Position numbers and translations under genes: made by a program. The notes under the pieces are model-generated. The model ran no database searches and was not told the DNA's origin. It saw only the letters and a list, made by a program, of their open reading frames with translations. Source: an uncultured virus (IMG/VR IMGVR_UViG_3300045131_000274) (taxonomy: Duplodnaviria; Heunggongvirae; Uroviricota; Caudoviricetes). Taken from it: a DNA stretch of 20,000 nucleotides. Shown piece after piece: positions 13,701-20,000 of the stretch; the first letter of the stretch is position 1; every line of letters begins with the position of its first letter. The stretch lies in the IMG/VR virus record IMGVR_UViG_3300045131_000274; one strand, written 5' to 3'.

Positions 13701-16700
13701 AATACGGATCCATGTGGGCAGCCATAGCGCCTTCACTAATGTCCGTGGTTTTTGCCGTTGTCTTGGCGCGCAAAGAATTTACCAGCTCGCGGGCGGTCTT
13801 GCCTTTGGTGGACGCCAACCACTTGTCGTACTCAGCTTTGATGGCCGCCTGGGTTTCAGCTGGTGCTTTGTTAAACACCTCAAACTGGTGCATGTGGCCC
13901 ATCTCGTGCGCCATAATTTCTAGCATTGACGTAATGCTAGAAGACGGCGTCATGGCAATGTAGTAATCTCCATTCGGCATCTGGCGCATCGAGCCTGCCA
14001 AACGGTAGTCCAGGGCGGCAGATCCAACGGCGCGCCACTGGCCCGTCATGTTGTGTGCATCTACGCGGGCATCAGGTATGGTGGTGATGTAGATGTTGTT
14101 ATTAATACCCAACATCTCTTTCCAACCCTTGACCACGCCAGCAATTTTAGGCGGCATGTTTTTGGAAAACGCCAACCCATTTTTGTCAAATTTGATAAAT
14201 GGATTCTCAGCTTCTGCCTGCGCGTCGGCAGTTTCCAGGTCCAACCTGACCTGACGCAACTCTTTAGTTTCAGCATCTGTTAAACCGTTGGTGCCTTGTT
14301 GCGTATCAATATCAAAGTTGTTGCGGGTAAAATCTTTGATGGCCACATAAACCGGATTGCCTGTTCGCTTATTCCAGCCGCGCACTAAAGCCAACGATCC
14401 GCGCTGCCAGACCACTTGGCCGTTGACACCTTCGGCGCCAGCATCTACAAACGCAATCTGCTCTGGCGTAGCATCCCGCAGCATGTACAAGAACTCACCG
14501 CGGTCGGAGTACTGGACATTTTTAGCCAGCACAAAACGGCCTATCTGGATGACGTCGTCAGCAGCTATCACGGGCTGCTTGGTTGCCCGGTCATAGAAGT
14601 AGGAGTGACGCAGCGGATCAAAGCTGACCTGTGACCATGCTTTATCTTTCAATAAGCGCTGGACCATTGCATAGGCTTCTTCAGGCGTAATGCTGACCCA
14701 GTTACCTTCCATCGTTTGCTGGGGTGACTTGTTGCCCTGGTCTACCTTGTTACCACTCTTGCTAATTGTCGGCTCAGCCTGGGTGGCCACCTTCATGGCA
14801 GCCTTTTGGTTACGAATAGAGAACCGTACGTTCTGTATGCGGGCAGCGCTTGAGTAACTGATGGGTGAATTAGGATTGTTTTCTGGATGGATAGCAACAA
14901 CGCTACCTGTCAGACCCTGAGATTTAGCGCGGCCCAGGGCATTAATATCCATGCGCAAACCAACCGGCGTACCGTCAGCAATCGGCGCATTCATTTTGGA
15001 TATCTGGTTAGTCTGCAAAACCAACTTCATGTCAGATTGAGACATGGGCCGCTCAGGGTTTGGAATCGTGCCAATAGGCATGTAGAAATCTACATACTCA
15101 TCAAACTGTTCTTTGGTAATGCGGCCAGCTTGTAGTTCGCGGGCAGCCAACACAACCTGTTGCTTACGGCCTTCTTTTGTCTTAAAGCCTTCGGGAGGCT
15201 TAAGCTCGGGAGGTGCCCTGGGCTTTGCTGGTTCTGCAAAGATATCTGTCTGACCAAGAGACGCAGCAACATCAGCATCCCGGTCGCTACCTGTCAGGAC
15301 AAAGTCAGCAGCAGCTTCGTCGGCTTTAGCTTTCTCTTCCGCCGCACGATCAACAGCTTTCCTGTCTTTTTCCGCTTTGATTGCAGCATCTTGCTTAGCC
15401 ACAATCTCTTCAACGGAAGGTTGGGTTAGCTCGAGCCCAGCTCCCTCATCGCTCGGTTGGCCAGTATCCTGGACGCTATCTTCACGGCCTGCGGTGATGG
15501 TGTCTTCGAGGGCTGACTTGAAGGCTTTGTAGTAGGCTTGGACGGACTGGTTTTCTGTTTCATAAAAGACCTCTTCTTGAATGGATGCCGTATCAATACC
15601 CAGCTCATCGGCTTGAGCCAACAGCGCGCGCACTTCAGCTTGAACATCAGGCTCGGCAGCGTCGTAGCCCGTACCGTCAAAGTCAGACATCTCATATCCC
15701 AACTCTTCATCAATAGGGGAATACAGGGATGCTTCTTCTTCTGCTTTTAGGTAATCAGCAAAGCGCTTTTCTTCGTCGCGCTTCGTCATTTCTTCCACGT
15801 CTTGTGGGCGGTACTGGGGCTTCTTGACGCTGTCCGTAATCATCTTGCGGGCATCGTTCTGGGTTGCGTTCTCACCCAGGTAGCCAGCTTCTTGAAGCTT
15901 GGTGTAAGCCTCTTCCATGCTGATGCCTTTGCCTTCGCCGGCAAATAGGAATCGGTTGCCAACACGAATGTTTTTGTCCATGCCCAGATCAGACATTTCA
16001 GATTTAACCAAGCCGCCTTCGCTGGTGATGTACTCATGCGCAGACATGGGCACACCTGTAGCCGACGTCTTGGCCAGGCCTAAACGTTTAGCTTTGGCTT
16101 CATCAGCAGCAATCTGCTTGGGCGTCTTGGGTGCCAAGATGAAACCCTTCTTATCCTTTGTGGGCAAGACGCGCATTTCAGGGTAGTTTTTACGCGCCAT
16201 ATCCGCTGACTTGCGGGATTTAAATGGTACGCCGCCTTCAGTAACGGGCTGCGGTGCTACCGCCAACTTACCCTTCTCGTCCAGCTCACGCTTGGCAGCT
16301 GCGTCGTGGCCAATGTTGTCAGGGTGATTAAAGTAATCCACCTTGGGCTCTTTAGGCGTAACCACCTTAGCGGGCGGGATCAGGCCCAGCTCATCTACTT
16401 CAGCTTGCGTAAGCGACGGATACTCTTCCCGCACTGCAGGCGTCGTGGTAACGGCCGGCGTCTCTGGCGGCTTTTCCAGCGTTAAAGATGTGGGTGTGAC
16501 GGCTGGTGTAGCCGGCTTAGGCTGGGGCGTCAGGTTACCCTTCTTGTCCAGCTTTAGCTCATATCCCAATTCACCCAACGCTTCACGCTGACGGGCGTTA
16601 TTCATGATCGGGTCACGGCTGTATGCGGTAGCCATAATCCCATTCACGCGTGACTGAATGTCTGTGGCTTCAGCAGCCTTCTTGTCTTGCTCAGCTTTAG

Positions 16701-18261
16701 CCGCGGCCGCAGCTTGGTCTGCCTGGCGCTGACGGATAGACGCCATTAAATCTTCGTTAGCTGTAGTCCCAGCCAGGGACTGACGCACCTCATCAGCCCG
16801 CCGGCCTTCAGCAATCTTTGCTTCTTGAGCCGCGCGCTCAGCCGCAATATCTCTACCCGCTGGCGGAATAGGAACAACAACATCGTTGCCTTGTTTATCC
16901 CTAGACATTTGGTAACCCAGGGTAGCCAGCTGTTCATCACGGCGGATGGCGTTAAGCGCTGGATCACCGCTGTACGTAGCGGCAGCAGTAGCTTTGGCTT
17001 CGGCATCACGCTTAGCTTTAGCTTCTTTCTCAGCCTGGACGCGCAACTCTTCATCGGCAGCAGCCTTCTCATCAGCACGAACCCGAGCGGCCTGCATTAA
17101 ATCTTCATTACGTGGGGCAGCTTGTTGCTCAAACAAACCAGCAGCGCGTTCTTGTGTAGCACGTTGTGCGTCCAGCTCATCTTGTCTAGCTTTAGCGGCG
17201 GCAGCTTCACGCTCACGGGCCGCACCCATGACATCAGCACCCATACCCTGACGGCCAGCAGCTTGCTCCCGGAACATCTCGGCGGGTGTTTTTCCGGTTA
17301 GGGAAACAGGCGGCTTGTATGCTTCTGGCTCAGGCTCAGGCGTAACGGTAGGTTTACGCAGCGCACCAGCAGCCGCACCACCCACACCACCAACAGCAGC
17401 AGCGCCAAAGAATGCCTCTTTGTATTCGCGCATAGCATCATCACCCTTGAGGGGTAAGCCTGCTTGCCAACGTTCACCCATCTGCTCAAGCACTTCAGTA
17501 GGCGCTTCGGCCACCACACCAACGGTAGCGCCAGTAGCAGCACGGACGCCGGCCCGTTTGGCTAACTCAGCCGCGACCTGCTGACCTAGAATCTTTTCTG
17601 GTACGTTACCAAACCCCAGCATTAACCTGTCGGCAAAGTAACCAATAGGCGCCGTAACCGCGGCAGTAGCGGCAGCTTTACCAGGCGCAAGGGTTTCACC
17701 AGTAGCGCCTTCTTCAGCCTGACGGCGCATGAAGTTACCAAACTGTTGTAGGCCATACGTACCAATACCCGCCACCGGGCCAACAATTGGGGCAAACGGG
17801 CCAGACACAGCAGCAGCGCCAATACCAGCGGCCAACGGCACAGCCATAGATGGAGCGCTTTGTAATACCTGCTCAGTCAGGTAGGATGGAACCTTCTTGG
17901 CCGCAGACAGTAGGCCCTGTTCTTGATATGCTTTTTCCAGATCAGCAAACGACACGCCCTGGGGTTTGTTTGCTTCCGCCTGCGCCTGGGCGCGAATGTC
18001 TTCTGCTTGTTTGCTGGCAGACTCCCGCATTCCCAGGGCAGCTTTAATGCCCAACCCAATGCCGGCAGCGCTTTCAGGCACGGCTTCAAAGCCACGGACA
18101 GCAGCAGCTTTAGCACTACCTAGAAAGGTGGGCTCCGCTGGTAGGGGCTCAGCCTGCCCCTGCATACTCTTGATGTATGTGGCTATTTGCGTGGCCGCCT
18201 GTACGTCACCCGCCGCATGCGCGTTTTGTAGCGCACGGTAAAGAGTCTGCATGTCTGCCAT
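10711..18261 (-). CDS. giant polyvalent / internal virion (ejected) protein, 2516 aa, with zincin metallopeptidase motif and LPD38-like C-terminus
   Basis: Gly/Ala-rich N-terminus with APTEVLEQ; AHEMGH...EWYAD; C-terminal DEDYKKRDEWDRDNFWW...RVPKPFEIG typical of LPD38. Confidence 0.85.
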   Translation of the reverse strand: MADMQTLYRALQNAHAAGDVQAATQIATYIKSMQGQAEPLPAEPTFLGSAKAAAVRGFEAVPESAAGIGLGIKAALGMRESASKQAEDIRAQAQAEANKPQGVSFADLEKAYQEQGLLSAAKKVPSYLTEQVLQSAPSMAVPLAAGIGAAAVSGPFAPIVGPVAGIGTYGLQQFGNFMRRQAEEGATGETLAPGKAAATAAVTAPIGYFADRLMLGFGNVPEKILGQQVAAELAKRAGVRAATGATVGVVAEAPTEVLEQMGERWQAGLPLKGDDAMREYKEAFFGAAAVGGVGGAAAGALRKPTVTPEPEPEAYKPPVSLTGKTPAEMFREQAAGRQGMGADVMGAAREREAAAAKARQDELDAQRATQERAAGLFEQQAAPRNEDLMQAARVRADEKAAADEELRVQAEKEAKAKRDAEAKATAAATYSGDPALNAIRRDEQLATLGYQMSRDKQGNDVVVPIPPAGRDIAAERAAQEAKIAEGRRADEVRQSLAGTTANEDLMASIRQRQADQAAAAAKAEQDKKAAEATDIQSRVNGIMATAYSRDPIMNNARQREALGELGYELKLDKKGNLTPQPKPATPAVTPTSLTLEKPPETPAVTTTPAVREEYPSLTQAEVDELGLIPPAKVVTPKEPKVDYFNHPDNIGHDAAAKRELDEKGKLAVAPQPVTEGGVPFKSRKSADMARKNYPEMRVLPTKDKKGFILAPKTPKQIAADEAKAKRLGLAKTSATGVPMSAHEYITSEGGLVKSEMSDLGMDKNIRVGNRFLFAGEGKGISMEEAYTKLQEAGYLGENATQNDARKMITDSVKKPQYRPQDVEEMTKRDEEKRFADYLKAEEEASLYSPIDEELGYEMSDFDGTGYDAAEPDVQAEVRALLAQADELGIDTASIQEEVFYETENQSVQAYYKAFKSALEDTITAGREDSVQDTGQPSDEGAGLELTQPSVEEIVAKQDAAIKAEKDRKAVDRAAEEKAKADEAAADFVLTGSDRDADVAASLGQTDIFAEPAKPRAPPELKPPEGFKTKEGRKQQVVLAARELQAGRITKEQFDEYVDFYMPIGTIPNPERPMSQSDMKLVLQTNQISKMNAPIADGTPVGLRMDINALGRAKSQGLTGSVVAIHPENNPNSPISYSSAARIQNVRFSIRNQKAAMKVATQAEPTISKSGNKVDQGNKSPQQTMEGNWVSITPEEAYAMVQRLLKDKAWSQVSFDPLRHSYFYDRATKQPVIAADDVIQIGRFVLAKNVQYSDRGEFLYMLRDATPEQIAFVDAGAEGVNGQVVWQRGSLALVRGWNKRTGNPVYVAIKDFTRNNFDIDTQQGTNGLTDAETKELRQVRLDLETADAQAEAENPFIKFDKNGLAFSKNMPPKIAGVVKGWKEMLGINNNIYITTIPDARVDAHNMTGQWRAVGSAALDYRLAGSMRQMPNGDYYIAMTPSSSITSMLEIMAHEMGHMHQFEVFNKAPAETQAAIKAEYDKWLASTKGKTARELVNSLRAKTTAKTTDISEGAMAAHMDPYWFNFKEWYADQVSRWALTSDKPVGVVEQFFKRLADSLRAFYAKVKNAGYLPNETFKKYLEAANEAAQKAQDMTIPPIISQDAQMEMFMLKEAGDTAAKVAASVKAAAQQKLQKREPINREALSDMDADYVKKLGEVFNPQTKTIIDRIAGMRDGFWRRAAQGIADQYRTIKDYSEEAYMMARLSKTVDGALEGLLMHGHVYNNGGALDIKGKTKGLFEAMKPVGAETDRYMMWIALGRESRLPIEKRSPNLAPLLADRDQLVQGEINGRPRLEVYQEVQQDMNALNKSVLDVAYNAGLMDKAAYERFSQDLFYIPFYKQMESGDLQDAATASGLTSQKFSAELKGQSDKPFGDLMENTLRNWSHILSASMKNQASNATLNAAMEAGAAIPNLKVGLAWEDGQVVSTKSGEVVGDGSLRPEYMEAGKGMVKTMINGQPAYFEVLDPMLLDSITSIGYLGPKSKFLDVARDFKNLLQYGVTIAPGFKVNNLIRDSIQALAVSDLKRNPFANVIEGWAATDKNNPAHISALAGGAIFNFGSAYEGDQSRLIKRLLAQGVKGEHILDTQEKIKAGLNVAWDKYQEWGNKSEAANRMALYNQMRERKLTHLQAAFAARDLLDFSMQGSWPAFRLVTQVVPFMNARVQGLYKLGRDGVTPTARVLYNTVTGKPIEQTDKQKAEAFGYTTLAVAGASMALYMMFKDDEDYKKRDEWDRDNFWWFKLPGMDFAFRVPKPFEIGAFGTMAERVLEQIVDQEAEGKQFGDSIKRMLGDTFALNPVPQIFKPVLDLYANKDSFTGSPIESAGMERLSKQERAADTTSPLAIALGGMTAILGEKGELSPVQVDYAIKAYFGWLGSTAAVTSHYAVMPFNDGDYPDAKWLDRASLGLVKSLPSNQSRYATAFYENNRQISQAFADMRHYAESNQTDKVMQIMEEKGDKIALAKIYDQTAKKMAAIRKQIREVNANEGLSGSDKREEIDRLKELIGMYAEQAESLRKSLK

Positions 18262-18270
18262 AGCCCAACC

Positions 18271-20000
18271 TTATTTTGCGTATTGATTCACTAAGTTAGC
18301 AATATTGTCTGGCAAATCGGGCATGATCCCAGCGCCACGCTCAATATCTTGCATGATAGCTTTGGCAGCAGCTTTTTTAGCAGGATCTTTAGCAAAATAG
18401 TATTGTTGCGCAGCGGTTTTATACGCTTCATTCTTTTCAACCAAGGCTTGACGCTGCAAAGTTACTTTATCTTGAGCCGTAGCGCCCCGAGTGCCGGTCT
18501 TGATGCGTTCAATGTCTTGCAACATTTTTTCAGCAGCCGCAGGATCTTTAGCCTTGAGCGCGCCGTATTGAGACAACAGACGCTCAGTTTCACCTGGTCT
18601 ATTAGCAACCGCTGCTTGAATACGTGCAACTTCCAACGAATTCAAATTGCGCTCTTTGGCAATCTGCATCTGCACTGCATTGCTAGATGCTTGGTTAGCC
18701 AAATTAATATTACCTTGCATCTGTGAGCCCAAGACGCTGGCGCCCGTAGTAGCAGATGTATCGCGCAATTTGCTTAATGTATCGCCGATTTTATTAGCTC
18801 CGGCAATGCCTTCTGAGCGGCGGGCAACATCAACTGCGTTACGCAAATCCATTTCTTGCTGCTGCATCTTCAAATCTTCAGCGCGCTTCTGGGCTTGCAT
18901 GGCTGTGTAAGCCGGGCCTAAGCCAGACAAACCTTTAGACTGACCAGCCTGGCCAAACACGCGAATTAAATCATCTAAGCCGGATGGTTTGGATTGGTTA
19001 TACAAATCACGCGCCGCCTGGATTCGAGCTTCTTGCTCTTCACCGCCACGACCTTTAATACCCATAGCGGTTAAGCGCGCTTGGTTTTCTGTCAACAAAG
19101 ATGCCTGATCCGGAGCTTTTAACGCCGTAGCGACAGCAGCGGCTGCGGCAGGATCGCTTAATCCAGGAATGTTTGGTGTGCCAGGTACGCCCACATTTAA
19201 AGGCTCTTGCACTGGACCCATCTGTTGGGTAGCAGGCTTTGCGGCTTGCTGCGTTACAGGTGGACGAGGAGGGGCAGGTGGGCGGGGAGGGGCTTCAGCC
19301 AACACGTTGGTTGCTTTGCTTTGGCCGTAAGGGATGATCATGTCTCCTGAAGCGGGCGCTGCAGCCATTAATTGCTTAAGGCCACCAACATCTTTGGCAC
19401 CTGTTGCGGGACGATCAGCCCCTGCAGCTGACATTTCTTTTGCGTATGCAGCCTCAACTGCAGTCACGGCAGCTTGCGCTTTTGCCAGTGCAGCTTGCGC
19501 CGCTTGGAAACCTTCTGGATCGTTCTTGCGCTGAACCAAACCATAGGTTCTAACTTTGGCTTGAGCTTCTTTGGCCGCTTTCCTGGCGCTGTCTACATCA
19601 CCACCAGAAGTAAAGGCAACAATGCCGCCGCCATCATAGTTAAACCGTACAGGTACGTTGGCTAATCCACCACGAGCCATCATCATTTCGGCATCTGGTT
19701 GCATCTCTGGCTCTGGCGTTCCCGCAGGTACCGGCCCGCCCATAGGCCGCTGAGCCATCTGCTGACTCTGCATCATTCGTTGCTGGGCTTGCTGCAAACC
19801 CATCAGGCCAGCCTTCTGTTCAATCTGTTCTTTTACACTGGGTTGCGGGCCCTGGACGCCGCCTTGCATAGCTCGCATTTTTTGCTCACGCTGCATCTGT
19901 GCCTGTATTTCGCCCGTTGCCAGCCAAGGCGGAATCAAATCAGGGGCAAATCCATCAGCAAATTTTTGTAATTGTGCTGGGCCCATGCCCTTGGCAAGCT
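18271..20000 (-). CDS. Ala/Gln-rich internal virion protein (5' end probably outside the window)
   Basis: The frame stays open from Met 19986 to the window edge (...LAKGMGP); low-complexity helical sequence with MARGGL / YDGGGIV / FTSGGDV motifs; directly upstream of the giant protein. Confidence 0.75.
   Translation of the reverse strand, partial: LAKGMGPAQLQKFADGFAPDLIPPWLATGEIQAQMQREQKMRAMQGGVQGPQPSVKEQIEQKAGLMGLQQAQQRMMQSQQMAQRPMGGPVPAGTPEPEMQPDAEMMMARGGLANVPVRFNYDGGGIVAFTSGGDVDSARKAAKEAQAKVRTYGLVQRKNDPEGFQAAQAALAKAQAAVTAVEAAYAKEMSAAGADRPATGAKDVGGLKQLMAAAPASGDMIIPYGQSKATNVLAEAPPRPPAPPRPPVTQQAAKPATQQMGPVQEPLNVGVPGTPNIPGLSDPAAAAAVATALKAPDQASLLTENQARLTAMGIKGRGGEEQEARIQAARDLYNQSKPSGLDDLIRVFGQAGQSKGLSGLGPAYTAMQAQKRAEDLKMQQQEMDLRNAVDVARRSEGIAGANKIGDTLSKLRDTSATTGASVLGSQMQGNINLANQASSNAVQMQIAKERNLNSLEVARIQAAVANRPGETERLLSQYGALKAKDPAAAEKMLQDIERIKTGTRGATAQDKVTLQRQALVEKNEAYKTAAQQYYFAKDPAKKAAAKAIMQDIERGAGIMPDLPDNIANLVNQYAK

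Noticed and set aside
10770..19971. Numerous short ORFs antisense to or out of frame within the two virion genes
   Set aside because: Expected shadow ORFs of long Ala-rich genes, with no recognisable motifs.

Overview
This 20 kb window is from a tailed dsDNA phage (or prophage), probably podovirus-like with a proteobacterial host (inferred from gene families and a proteobacterial-type RNAP alpha-CTD). It has four parts. (1) 1-4117, minus strand: a translationally coupled arm of small genes, including a ParB-like protein, DUF3310, a stand-alone RNA polymerase alpha C-terminal-domain homologue, an HTH protein and many mini-genes that share terminal modules. (2) About 4120-4910: a non-coding control region with sigma70-like promoters and at least three structured minus-strand RNA candidates. 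One is a C4-like antisense RNA. Two carry anti-Shine-Dalgarno segments complementary to specific phage ribosome-binding sites. A VRR-NUC-like nuclease gene follows. (3) 5304-10655, plus strand: a recombination/DNA-metabolism arm (Cas4-like PD-(D/E)XK nuclease, ERF, SSB, RHH protein, DUF968-like nuclease, PAPS-reductase-family protein). (4) 10711-20000, minus strand: a 2516-aa polyvalent virion protein (HExxH zincin plus LPD38-like C-terminus) and a 5'-truncated internal virion protein. The most notable items are the candidate sRNA cluster (one 16-bp duplex covers the RBS of the first leftward gene), the alpha-CTD fused to a recurrent helical module, and nucleotide-identical anchors flanking variable segments in the mini-genes. 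All family calls come from motif recognition by eye; no searches were run.
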